A stretch of DNA of 64,000 bases from an uncultured Candidatus Saccharibacteria bacterium (GCA_964401135.1 CAYNXC010000003.1:8848-72847); one strand, 5' to 3'. Numbered from the stretch's first letter, positions 1 to 8,746 are shown. The notes: generated by a model not told the origin, from the letters alone. Numbers and translations are program-made.

Positions 1-1
1 T

Positions 2-427
2 GCCCGGCGCATTACCGAGGCGGAGGCCTATGATGGCCCATTAGATAAAGCTTCACACGCCTCGCGTGGTAGGACTCCTCGCACTGAAATCATGTTCCAC
101 CACGGAGGTTGTTGGTATGTCTACTTCGTCTATGGGATGCACCACCTACTCAATGTGGTTACAGGTCCAGAAGCTTACCCTGCTGCTGTACTCATCCGCT
201 CTGTAGAGGGGACAGAAGGCCCTGGGAGGGTGGGTGCACTCTTTGGAATAGGTAAGGAGCTCTATGGCAAAAAAGCCTCAAAAAAGAGTGGTTTATGGAT
301 TGAGGATAGAGGGGACAGTGTACCGCATAGTGCTATTAAAAAACTTCCTCGCATCGGCGTCTCGTATGCCGGCGATTGGGCAGAAAGACCATATCGTTTT
401 TTCGTAGACCCTTCACTGTTCGTGTGA
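2..427 (+). CDS. mpg: DNA-3-methyladenine glycosylase (MPG/AAG family), 5' end outside the window
   Basis: Frame is open from base 2: RITEAEAYDGPLDKASHASRGRTPRTEIMF...YVYFVYGMHHLLNVV...AVLIRS...PRIGV, the MPG family motifs. Confidence 0.9.
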   Translation, partial: ARRITEAEAYDGPLDKASHASRGRTPRTEIMFHHGGCWYVYFVYGMHHLLNVVTGPEAYPAAVLIRSVEGTEGPGRVGALFGIGKELYGKKASKKSGLWIEDRGDSVPHSAIKKLPRIGVSYAGDWAERPYRFFVDPSLFV

Positions 428-439
428 TATGCTCTTTTT

Positions 440-1525
440 GTGTTCTACCACTCTATACTTAGACCCATACTCTTTTCCCTTCCTCCCGACCCTATTCACT
501 CGCTCATCCTTTCTCTTGGAGCACTACTTGGAAGGACGGCTCTTGGGCGTAGCGCGACTGCTTTTGTGTATGGCTATCCGCACTCTGATGCATCAGTAAC
601 AGTAGATGGCCTACACTTCCGTACTCCAATTATGCTTGCTGCGGGTTTTGACTATAACGCGCGTATTATCTCTATACTCCCTTCAGTTGGGTTTGGCGGA
701 GTGGAGGTTGGATCTATCACCGCCCGTGCGAGTGCGGGGAACAACCCTCCACAATTGATGCGACTCCCGCGTTCTAAGAGTATCTTGGTAAATAAGGGAC
801 TTAAGAACGACGGAGTGGATATAATCATCTCACGTATATGTGCCGCAAAAGTACCAGATGATTTTGTTATTGGTGTGAGTGTTGCGCGCACAAACGATAG
901 AGGATCAGCAGGGGAAGTTGAAGGAATAGCTGACTATTGTTACTCATTACGGCGTCTTAAAGAAAGTGGCACAGGTCACTACTATACCTTGAATATCTCG
1001 TGCCCCAACTCTTTCACAGGGGAGCTCTTCACCTCTCCCCCCGCGCTCGGGCGGCTTCTCACTGCGGTGGATGCACTGGCCATAGATAAGCCACTCTACA
1101 TCAAACTCCCAATCTCTTTTTCCTGGGAAGAACTGCGTGTACTCATTGATGTTGCGCGCGCTCATCGTATACAGGGTTTTGTAATTGGGAATCTACATAA
1201 AGATTACTCGTTACTCAAGGTAGAAGAGAGAGAGCATTATGGTCGTCAGGGTGGTCTCTCTGGCATTCCATGCCGTGCTAACTCCACAGAACTCATCCGC
1301 AAGACGAGAGCATATATTGGGCCAGGTATGACGATTATCGGATGCGGTGGAATTTTCTCTCCGGAGGATGCTGAAGAAAAACTACATGCGGGCGCAGATA
1401 TTAATCAACTGATTACCGGTATGATCTATGAAGGGCCAGGGCTTATGTCCGCTATTGCACGCAGATACGCAGCAAATCTTTCGACAAGTCCAAGATATAA
1501 AAGCCCTATCCGCCGCAGCGAATAG
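440..1525 (+). CDS. pyrD: Dihydroorotate dehydrogenase with class 2-like architecture, divergent
   Basis: N-terminal LRPILF..P...H helix; LAAGFD, EVGSIT, LNISCPN, GGLSG, IIGCGGI, QLITGMIYEGP motifs. Confidence 0.88.
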   Translation: MFYHSILRPILFSLPPDPIHSLILSLGALLGRTALGRSATAFVYGYPHSDASVTVDGLHFRTPIMLAAGFDYNARIISILPSVGFGGVEVGSITARASAGNNPPQLMRLPRSKSILVNKGLKNDGVDIIISRICAAKVPDDFVIGVSVARTNDRGSAGEVEGIADYCYSLRRLKESGTGHYYTLNISCPNSFTGELFTSPPALGRLLTAVDALAIDKPLYIKLPISFSWEELRVLIDVARAHRIQGFVIGNLHKDYSLLKVEEREHYGRQGGLSGIPCRANSTELIRKTRAYIGPGMTIIGCGGIFSPEDAEEKLHAGADINQLITGMIYEGPGLMSAIARRYAANLSTSPRYKSPIRRSE

Positions 1526-1530
1526 GGCTT
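1499..1530. terminator. Intrinsic terminator of the PIN-PhoH unit (overlaps the pyrD 3' end)
   Basis: AAGCCCTAT...ATAGGGCTT stem with a U-tract on the minus strand. Confidence 0.7.
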
Positions 1531-1539
1531 GAATGTATA

Positions 1540-2964
1540 TTACATTCCCAGCAAAGCTACTAATTGGGAGAGTCGTGAACGGACCGACTCAGTGAGGATG
1601 CTAACCCCTACATATCCGGAGGGGAGTAATTTTTGACACCAGTAATTCATACCAGAGGTACGAGGATCAAGGTAGGGGGTGTAGATTTGATTGAGATCCC
1701 CAACCACAAAGGCTCGTGTACCTTCCCCTGAGCGTGATAAGCAGAGTGCCGTCTGTCGGCGGGTAAAGTTCTGTGCTTCGTCGTAGAGCGCGATGATATT
1801 GGTATGAGTCTGTCCGAGCAAGAAGTTGATACATTCTACTGTAATAATATCTTGCTCAAAGAATTCATTTGTCTTGTTTTTGGACTTTTGATGTGCAAAA
1901 TTTTTTTCTTCATGCCCTGGATTGATTTGGTCATCGTGCGTGATCTGGCAGACGAGCTCATTGATTGCTTTCTTCCAAGGCTCCATTTTTTCATCCAAAT
2001 CACCAGGAAGGAATCCGAGTGTATCAGAAGACTCTTGGGTGGAACGGAATATACGCAGGGCATCCGACTTCTTCTTATCAAGCAACTCTATCCCCGCATC
2101 TAGTGCCAATAAGGTCTTCCCCGAACCAGGAGGACCGAGGAGAAAGACTACATCAAGAGATGGATCTCGCAAGAGATGATAGGCGATAGCCTGTTCATTG
2201 TTGCGCGGAGTAATGGTTGCCGTACGCTGAGCCGATGCTTGCGGTTTCTTGACATACACAAGGCGGGGGTCATCGGACTTGTATAAAGCAAGGGCCGTTT
2301 TCATCTCTCCTCGGTTATTCTCTGCGGTGAGAATGCATCCTTGATTGGGATGTAAGCGCACTCCATCAGGGACAAGGATACCGTCGTGATTGTTGTGTAG
2401 CTCTGTGATTGTCTCTAATGGTACAGAGACTACTTGTAACGCAAGCCTCTCTTGAAGTTCTGGGAAATCAAGCATCTGCGCTTCTTCCCCATAGTCCTCA
2501 CACTGTACTCCTAAGGCGCAGGCTTTGACACGAGCGATGGCTTCTTTCGTGATGAAGATAACCTTCGTCCGTCTCCCTCTCTTCCGCTCTTGCTCGGTAA
2601 GATATTTCGCGTGAGCGAGGATCGCGTTACTCTCATCTCGCTTAAATCCATTGGGCAGTGTTTTTGTATGCCCATCTTGGGCAATTTTTACTACACCACC
2701 TCGGTCAGTCTTGACTCCTTCCTTGATATTTCCGCGATCACTAAGAGTACTAAGGATGCGAGCTGCCTGTTGTGCGTTATAACCGACAAGTCCATCTTGT
2801 TTACTCGCTTTATCCAACTGCTCTAGTACATGGATAAGGATGTGTACTTCAGTTCCATGCCTATACTGAAGCGGAGCTTCAGGATCATGAATCAGTACAT
2901 TGGTATCAAGAACAACAATTGTCTGAGGTGCTGCTTGCGACGGAGAAGTTTGTCGCGCGACCAT
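1540..2964 (-). CDS. PIN-PhoH (PhoH2/YlaK-like) protein with altered motifs
   Basis: PIN VVLDTNVLIHDP; PhoH PRNNEQ, GPPGSGKT, LGFLPGDLDEKMEPW, DEAQN. Start moved to ATG 2964 because GGAGG lies 7 nt upstream. Confidence 0.88.
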   Translation of the reverse strand: MVARQTSPSQAAPQTIVVLDTNVLIHDPEAPLQYRHGTEVHILIHVLEQLDKASKQDGLVGYNAQQAARILSTLSDRGNIKEGVKTDRGGVVKIAQDGHTKTLPNGFKRDESNAILAHAKYLTEQERKRGRRTKVIFITKEAIARVKACALGVQCEDYGEEAQMLDFPELQERLALQVVSVPLETITELHNNHDGILVPDGVRLHPNQGCILTAENNRGEMKTALALYKSDDPRLVYVKKPQASAQRTATITPRNNEQAIAYHLLRDPSLDVVFLLGPPGSGKTLLALDAGIELLDKKKSDALRIFRSTQESSDTLGFLPGDLDEKMEPWKKAINELVCQITHDDQINPGHEEKNFAHQKSKNKTNEFFEQDIITVECINFLLGQTHTNIIALYDEAQNFTRRQTALCLSRSGEGTRAFVVGDLNQIYTPYLDPRTSGMNYWCQKLLPSGYVGVSILTESVRSRLSQLVALLGM

Positions 2965-2971
2965 ACAATGT

Positions 2972-3041
2972 CCTCCCTTCATTCAGTAGCTCTGTCGATG
3001 AGCGTCTATGCATATTGTAGTGAAGAAGAGGCTAATGTCAA
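2972..3041 (-). promoter_or_regulatory. sigma70 promoter, boxA-like motif and SD of the PIN-PhoH gene
   Basis: TTGACA(3041-3036)-16nt-TACAAT(3019-3014); GCTCATCGACA(3003-2993); GGAGG(2976-2972). Confidence 0.7.
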
Positions 3042-3069
3042 CCAGCTCTTCTTATGCTATCTTTACGGA

Positions 3070-3855
3070 ATGGATAAGACTACACGCGAAGAAGAACAAG
3101 CTCTTGCTTGGATAGTGCGTGACAAGTACTCAGGCGATGTAAAGATAGGAGATCTGGAAGAAGATCGCGCGCGCTTCTTACAAGGAGAACCGCTTGATTA
3201 CATCATTGGATGGAAACCTTTTTGTGGTATTGAAGTAGACCTCTCCCTTCGGCCGCTTATTCCACGAGAAGAGACGGAGTACTGGGTAACGCAATGCATT
3301 GCCAAGCTCAAAGATGACCTTGCAGTAAAAAAACCATATTTCCACTTTTTAGACCTGTGTTCCGGATCAGGATGTATTGCTACAGCACTTCTCGCAGCGT
3401 TTCCACAGGCGAATGGGGTCTGTGCTGATATCGATCAGAGGATGCTTAGACAGGCACGCATTACGATGGAGAGAAATCATATACAAGAAGATCGTTATAT
3501 TCTCATTGAGAGTGATATGTGGAGTGACATTACCAGTCGCTACGATCTTATCTGTGCTAATCCTCCTTATGTAGGGAGAGGAGAGGAGGTGGAGAAGAGT
3601 GTGAGAGAGTATGAGCCACCGAATGCTGTTTTTGCGGGCGACTCCGGATCTGCAGAACTTGTAAAATTCTTTGGAGGACTTACGGAACATCTGTCAGAAG
3701 ATGGGAGTGCTTATTGCGAAATAGGCTCTGGCCAAGGCGCTCTTGCTCGCTCACTTCTCGCCAAATATGCACTCCCGGGAGAGATATGTGTAGATCAGTT
3801 TGGACAAGAGCGCTATACACACATTGACGCAACTATGCTTCAAAAGGTACTCTAG
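3070..3855 (+). CDS. prmC: Release factor glutamine methyltransferase (HemK/PrmC)
   Basis: GEPLDYIIG, LIPREETE, LDLCSGSGCI, ANPPY. Start at ATG 3070; the upstream extension overlaps the PhoH gene. Confidence 0.9.
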   Translation: MDKTTREEEQALAWIVRDKYSGDVKIGDLEEDRARFLQGEPLDYIIGWKPFCGIEVDLSLRPLIPREETEYWVTQCIAKLKDDLAVKKPYFHFLDLCSGSGCIATALLAAFPQANGVCADIDQRMLRQARITMERNHIQEDRYILIESDMWSDITSRYDLICANPPYVGRGEEVEKSVREYEPPNAVFAGDSGSAELVKFFGGLTEHLSEDGSAYCEIGSGQGALARSLLAKYALPGEICVDQFGQERYTHIDATMLQKVL

Positions 3856-3893
3856 TAGTAGAGGTTGTTCTTTAGGAGGAAAGAAAAAGGAGG
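3824..3893 (+). promoter_or_regulatory. Promoter, boxA-like motif and SD for the small Cys-rich gene
   Basis: TTGACG(3824)-18nt-TACTCT(3848); TGTTCTTTAGGA(3866); AAGGAGG(3887). Confidence 0.65.
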
Positions 3894-3902
3894 GAATCTA
3901 GT

Positions 3903-4127
3903 ATGCCGTGTGTAGTCCCGAATCACTTTTTCGGCACCTGTTTTCACCATTGTGGCAGGATGTTGCTTGTCCTGCGCGATGATTCCAACTGCAAGTTCTA
4001 CCCCGTCATTGTTGAAGGTCATGAAGAGCTTCAAGGAGATCCGCTTTCTAAGTGCCCGCACTGTGGAGAAGTGCTCTGCTTTGGAAATCATAGATTTTGC
4101 AAAGTCTGCGAAGCCCATCCGTACTAA
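3903..4127 (+). CDS. Small Cys/His-rich putative Zn-binding protein (74 aa)
   Basis: Strong SD, own promoter and terminator; CFHHCG, CPHCG, CKVC motifs. Confidence 0.7.
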   Translation: MPCVVPNHFFGTCFHHCGRMLLVLRDDSNCKFYPVIVEGHEELQGDPLSKCPHCGEVLCFGNHRFCKVCEAHPY

Positions 4128-4133
4128 CTTTTC

Positions 4134-4170
4134 ACCCCGTTGTATTGTGTATAGCGGGGTTTCTCTTTCT
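4134..4170 (+). terminator. Intrinsic terminator
   Basis: ACCCCGTTGTA-ttgtg-TATAGCGGGGT followed by TTCTCTTTCT. Confidence 0.7.
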
Positions 4171-4200
4171 GTGTTATGTGTAGCGTGCTACACTTGAAAA

Positions 4201-4521
4201 ATGGATTTCTCTTCTCTTGAGCCACCTCTCCTTATTGCCGGACTCTCCGGTGGGATGCTCCGTGCAGTAGTGGGGTACATCAAGGCGAGGAGCGCTGCAA
4301 AAAAGAAACAAGCATTTTCTCCTGTATACTTTCTCGCAACCGTCCTCGCTACCGGCGCCATTGGCTATCTTACCGTCTGGGTGTTTTACGATTTGCGCGA
4401 GTTTATTCTCGGATCCCTGCCCTTCACCCCCGCCATTGCCGCAGTCTTGGGCTATGCTGGAGGCGATATTATGGAGAATATCTATAAGATTTTTACTAAA
4501 CGCTTGACTTTGTTTGAGTAA
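4201..4521 (+). CDS. Small membrane protein (3 TM), function unknown
   Basis: Three hydrophobic segments with GxxGG and GYAGGD motifs; tgcTACACT 6 nt before ATG. Confidence 0.75.
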   Translation: MDFSSLEPPLLIAGLSGGMLRAVVGYIKARSAAKKKQAFSPVYFLATVLATGAIGYLTVWVFYDLREFILGSLPFTPAIAAVLGYAGGDIMENIYKIFTKRLTLFE

Positions 4522-4575
4522 AGTGTTACAATAGATAAAATGCTCTTTACATAGCTCTCTAGCTCACAAAAGGAG
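4504..4575 (+). promoter_or_regulatory. Promoter, near-consensus boxA and SD
   Basis: TTGACT(4504)-17nt-TACAAT(4527); TGCTCTTTACA(4541), compare E. coli rrn boxA TGCTCTTTAACA; AAGGAG(4570). Confidence 0.75.
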
Positions 4576-4579
4576 AATC

Positions 4580-4993
4580 TTGATGATTATTGCATTGTTG
4601 CAAAAAGATCAGACATATCTAGATGCCTTACTCAAAAACCTTCCTGACTCCATTACTTCTCTCATCGCCGAGACAACCGATCCTGCACAGCTTCTCTCAA
4701 CCGTTGCTCTATGGAGAGAAGACTGCGTGGTCATCAGTTGCCATTTTGAGGGGACTTACTTTGATGCTCAAGAGATCGCCACACGCGTGAGGATGATTAC
4801 TCCTCACTGTAAGGTGTATGCCTATACCGTGACTGACCCCGGATCAAGAGCTGACTTAGACGGAGTGATTCATAAACCTTGTGGCGGAGATGCCTTGCGC
4901 CACCCATTTGATGGATTACTCAAGGTATTGGAGGCACTTCTAGAAGGCTCGACCCCTGAGGAACTCAAACGCACATTCCCTTTTGTCACCTAA
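4580..4993 (+). CDS. Stand-alone degenerate receiver (REC)-like protein
   Basis: REC-like pattern IIALLQKD...DCVVISC...DAQEIATRVR...KVYAYT...DGVIHKP; start is TTG 4580 or ATG 4583. Confidence 0.6.
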   Translation: MMIIALLQKDQTYLDALLKNLPDSITSLIAETTDPAQLLSTVALWREDCVVISCHFEGTYFDAQEIATRVRMITPHCKVYAYTVTDPGSRADLDGVIHKPCGGDALRHPFDGLLKVLEALLEGSTPEELKRTFPFVT

Positions 4994-4998
4994 TGACT

Positions 4999-5030
4999 AA
5001 AGAGACGCTTACCGCGTCTCTTTTTCTTTT
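4999..5030 (+). terminator. Intrinsic terminator
   Basis: AAAGAGACGC-ttacc-GCGTCTCTTT plus T-rich tail. Confidence 0.8.
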
Positions 5031-5055
5031 TCTCTATTCGTGGTACTATGCCAAC

Positions 5056-5820
5056 ATGGATACGAAACATAGCCCACTCGTCGCCGCCTCTGCAGTCCTC
5101 AGTGTTGCACTCATACTCGGCGTCATTGTTGTATCGCAAACCATCTACAAAGTCCGCGCACTCTCCAATGTCATCACGGTCACCGGCTCTGCAGAACGCG
5201 TCGTTACTTCAGATACTGTCAAATGGACGAGCACTATTAGCCGTAATGCTGGCACCGGCGATCTAAAAGTTGCGAGTGCAAAATTGAGCACTGATCTTGC
5301 TACAGTTAAGAAGGCACTCTCTGACGCGGGTGTACAAGAGAGCGAACTACGGATAGACGCAGTGGTAGTGACTCCTCTCTGCGCAAGTCAAAACAATGTG
5401 ACCTATGATCGCCATGGTAACCAGTCTTGCGGATCTATTACCGGTTATGGTCTCTCACAAAAAATTATTGTTGAATCAGGTGATGTAACTACTATACAGA
5501 CGCTGGCTCAGGAGCTCCATGATCGCTTTATTGCGGGAGGACTCATCTTCTCGAGTCAGAGCTTGGAGTACTACTACAACAAACTTGCTGATCTCCGCGT
5601 AGAGCTTCTCTCAGAAGCAACCAATGATGCACAGAAGCGTGCCGCCGAGATTGCTAAGTCTACTGGTGCCTCCTTGGGTAAGCTCCAAAATGCATCCATG
5701 GGCGTCTTCCAAGTTGCGGCAAAGAATTCTACAGAAATTTCTGACTACGGAGTCTATGACACATCGTCACTTGAGAAAAAAGTAACTGCAGTCGTGCGGG
5801 GCTCTTTTTCTCTCCTCTAG
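5056..5820 (+). CDS. SIMPL domain (DUF541) protein
   Basis: N-terminal TM, ITVTGSAERVVTSD, ATNDAQKRAAEIAKSTGASLGKL, MGVFQV; start at ATG 5056. Confidence 0.85.
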   Translation: MDTKHSPLVAASAVLSVALILGVIVVSQTIYKVRALSNVITVTGSAERVVTSDTVKWTSTISRNAGTGDLKVASAKLSTDLATVKKALSDAGVQESELRIDAVVVTPLCASQNNVTYDRHGNQSCGSITGYGLSQKIIVESGDVTTIQTLAQELHDRFIAGGLIFSSQSLEYYYNKLADLRVELLSEATNDAQKRAAEIAKSTGASLGKLQNASMGVFQVAAKNSTEISDYGVYDTSSLEKKVTAVVRGSFSLL

Positions 5821-5858
5821 ATAGTGAGCAATACCATCCATTTTCATAAGGAGCTATT

Positions 5859-7274
5859 ATGTTGCGCAAAAAAACAAAGATAGTAGCGACGATCGGTCCA
5901 GTATCTGAGTCTCTCCCCATGATGACAGCCTTGGCAAAGGAGGGGATGAATGTGATCCGCCTTAACCTCTCACACGGCTCCTATGATGAGCACCGCCAGC
6001 GCATCAAGAACGCACGCTCCGTCTCTCGTGCTCTACGCACCCCACTTGCGACGCTTATCGATCTCCCTGGACCAAAAATAAGGATCGGCGATTTTTGTGA
6101 TGGGGAGGTGATATTGAAAGAGGGTGCCTCAATTGTTTTAACCACGTCTCCTTGTGAGGGGACTGCCTCTCGTGTACATATTAATTATAAAAAATTACCA
6201 AGAGAGATTAAGGTAGGGGCTACTATCTTTTTAGATGATGGGAAGAAAAAGCTAAGAGTAACACATATTGAGGGCTCTGAAATTTTCTGCAAGGTGCTTG
6301 TTGGCGGCGAGACCAAAGGGCGTCGCGGGGTGAATATTCCTGGAGCCTACCTCTCACTCTCCTCTCTTACAGAGACAGATTGGGAATATGTTGGCTTTGG
6401 TATTACCGAGCAGATTGACTTCTTTGCCATTTCTTTTGTGCGTACAGAGAAAGATGTGCTGGAATTAAAGGCATATCTAAAAAAGAAGCGCGCAGATGTC
6501 CAGATTATCGCGAAGATAGAGACAGCGGAAGCCGTAGAACATCTGGAAGCTATTATGCGTGCGGCAGATGGTGCTATGGTTGCCCGTGGCGACCTTGCCA
6601 TAGAGATACCGCGTGAAGAGGTCCCGGTGATACAGAAACGCATCATTACACTCGGAAATAAACTAGGTAAACCAGTGATAACAGCAACGCAGATGCTGGA
6701 GTCAATGATTGTAAACCCTGTCCCTACTCGTGCAGAAGTTAACGATGTAGCTAACGCTATCTTTGACGGGACCGATGCGGTAATGCTCTCTGAAGAGACG
6801 ACACTCGGTGCTCATCCCGTCAAAGCGGTGGAGTTAATGCGCCAGATTGCTATCCATACCGAGCGTCATCTCAACTATGAGAGTCTACTTAAGTTGGAGC
6901 ACCTCTCCTCTAAAGATGTGACGGACTCAGTCAGCTATGCGGCACTCAACTGTGCACACGAAGTTGGCGCAAAAGCAATCGTGGCGCTCTCACAGTCTGG
7001 ATTTACTGCTCGCATGATTGCGCGCTACCAACCGGCGCTGACAGTGGTAGTACTCACGCCAAATGAGAGAACCTATAATCGTCTTGCTCTCTCCTTTGGC
7101 TGTATTCCCATCATCGCACAAGAGTTTGCATCTCTTATGAATGCAATAGAAGAATCACGACGGCTCTTGAAGGAACAAAAAATTTTACAGAAAGGAGACC
7201 GCTTTCTTGTGATCGCAGGCGTACCCTTCGGTAAGGCGGGTTCCAGTAATACTCTCTCGGTACAGAAGATGTAA
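5859..7274 (+). CDS. pyk: Pyruvate kinase
   Basis: KTKIVATIGP, RLNLSHG, IIAKIET, MVARGDL, ATQMLESM, DGTDAVMLSEET. Confidence 0.97.
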   Translation: MLRKKTKIVATIGPVSESLPMMTALAKEGMNVIRLNLSHGSYDEHRQRIKNARSVSRALRTPLATLIDLPGPKIRIGDFCDGEVILKEGASIVLTTSPCEGTASRVHINYKKLPREIKVGATIFLDDGKKKLRVTHIEGSEIFCKVLVGGETKGRRGVNIPGAYLSLSSLTETDWEYVGFGITEQIDFFAISFVRTEKDVLELKAYLKKKRADVQIIAKIETAEAVEHLEAIMRAADGAMVARGDLAIEIPREEVPVIQKRIITLGNKLGKPVITATQMLESMIVNPVPTRAEVNDVANAIFDGTDAVMLSEETTLGAHPVKAVELMRQIAIHTERHLNYESLLKLEHLSSKDVTDSVSYAALNCAHEVGAKAIVALSQSGFTARMIARYQPALTVVVLTPNERTYNRLALSFGCIPIIAQEFASLMNAIEESRRLLKEQKILQKGDRFLVIAGVPFGKAGSSNTLSVQKM

Positions 7275-7304
7275 TAGTTTGCGGCGTTGTATACACATGT
7301 AGCC

Positions 7305-7532
7305 ATGTACCTTAGAGTCTTTGTCACCCCGGGGGCTAAGCGAGACGTTATCACACAAGAGGGGCCTGATAGATTTGCGGTGTCAGTGCGAGTCCCAGCA
7401 GAGCGGAACCTTGCCAATGAACGAGTGCGAGAACTTGTTGCGGAACAGTTCAAGGTCATGAAGGGGAAGGTGCGCATTGTGAATGGGCACCATAGACCGG
7501 GAAAGATTATTTCGGTAGAATTAGATTATTAG
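7305..7532 (+). CDS. DUF167 (YggU-like) protein
   Basis: VFVTPGAK...VSVRVPAERNLAN...IVNGHHRPGK pattern. Confidence 0.8.
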   Translation: MYLRVFVTPGAKRDVITQEGPDRFAVSVRVPAERNLANERVRELVAEQFKVMKGKVRIVNGHHRPGKIISVELDY

Positions 7533-7547
7533 TGTATCTAATTTTTT

Positions 7548-7913
7548 ATGCATATTAATATCTCTACTCGGGGGATGGAGATTACAGAAGCAATACGCGA
7601 CTATTCCGAGAAGAAACTCTCAGCTCTTTCACGGTTTCTGCGTGGAGTAGACGACCTACGCGCATCGGTTGTGCTTGGTAAGGAGACCGCGCACCATCGA
7701 GAAGGTGAAGTCTTTACCGTAGAGGTAGAGTTATTTGCTAATGGGAAAAGTTTCTATAGTGACGAGACGGGTGAAGATCTTTATGCTGCAATTGATACAG
7801 TACGAGCAGAACTAGAACGGATGATTACCACAGAAAAAGAAAGACGGGGGAACTTAGTCCGCCGCGGCGGAAGAAAGGCGAAGGCGTTGTACCAGCGGCT
7901 CTACCGCGCGTAG
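7548..7913 (+). CDS. hpf: Ribosome hibernation factor (HPF/RaiA, short form)
   Basis: MEITEAIRDYSEKKL and EDLYAAID motifs. Confidence 0.9.
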   Translation: MHINISTRGMEITEAIRDYSEKKLSALSRFLRGVDDLRASVVLGKETAHHREGEVFTVEVELFANGKSFYSDETGEDLYAAIDTVRAELERMITTEKERRGNLVRRGGRKAKALYQRLYRA

Positions 7914-8746
7914 CCTCGTAGGAAATCTTGATATGACATCTCATGTCCTCCTTCTGGTATTACACGGAGAATCTTGAGTGCCCCGTTCTCTAATGTTGCT
8001 TGAGTGATAACTACTCGTATTTCTTTTCCCTTGTGTGTTACCTTAAAAAATGTTCGGGGCCATGGTTCGTAGGCGCGTATTTTACGGAAGTTTAATCCCG
8101 GATCTGCATCCAGATCAAGCAATCCATCTTCTTTCTTAATAAGAGAAGCATATGTGGCTCGTGTGTGATCTTGTGCCTGTGCTTTGAGTGATCCATCTAT
8201 AAGCGAAGGAAGAATCTGTGCGAGGAGCTCTCCTCCCTCTCTTGCAAGGAGCTCCGCAATCTCGGGGTACCATTCGTCTCCACGAAGTGGTATTTCTTTC
8301 TGTGCAAGGAGAGGGCCGTGATCCATTTCTCTATCAATAAGCATAATAGAGACACCTCCAATAGTGTCTCCGTTTAGGATCGTTGCTTCGAGAGGTGAGG
8401 CTCCGCGGTAATGGGGGAGAAGTGACGGGTGTATATTGACTGTTCCGTAACGGGGGAGAGAGGAGATTACTTCTGGGATCATCTTTCCATACGAGGCGAC
8501 GATAAAAACATCCCAGGCATTCTTGAGCAGTTCTCTTGGGATTACGGTTAGCTTCTCTGGCTGTAGCACTTGTACTGCATGAGCTACCCCCCATGTCTTT
8601 ATTGATGGTGGCTGAAGATCATGTCTCCTCCCTACACGAGAGTCAGGCATCGTTACAATGAGCGAAGGTGGGTAGCCTGCATAGACCAACTCCTCAAGCA
8701 CGAGCTCAGAAAAATTGTCTGTCCCGAAGAAGGCGTATTTAATCAT
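7901..8746 (-). CDS. fmt: Methionyl-tRNA formyltransferase
   Basis: FFGT, VASYG, NIHPSLLPHYRGASP, MDHGP. Confidence 0.95.
   Translation of the reverse strand: MIKYAFFGTDNFSELVLEELVYAGYPPSLIVTMPDSRVGRRHDLQPPSIKTWGVAHAVQVLQPEKLTVIPRELLKNAWDVFIVASYGKMIPEVISSLPRYGTVNIHPSLLPHYRGASPLEATILNGDTIGGVSIMLIDREMDHGPLLAQKEIPLRGDEWYPEIAELLAREGGELLAQILPSLIDGSLKAQAQDHTRATYASLIKKEDGLLDLDADPGLNFRKIRAYEPWPRTFFKVTHKGKEIRVVITQATLENGALKILRVIPEGGHEMSYQDFLRGYAR

Noticed and set aside
2830-3069. N-terminal extensions in the ORF track (prmC, SIMPL, mrdA, mraZ, rsmH, rpmA, M23, gltX, nucleotidyltransferase)
   Set aside because: They overlap neighbouring genes, terminators or promoters; family similarity and -10 positions point to later starts
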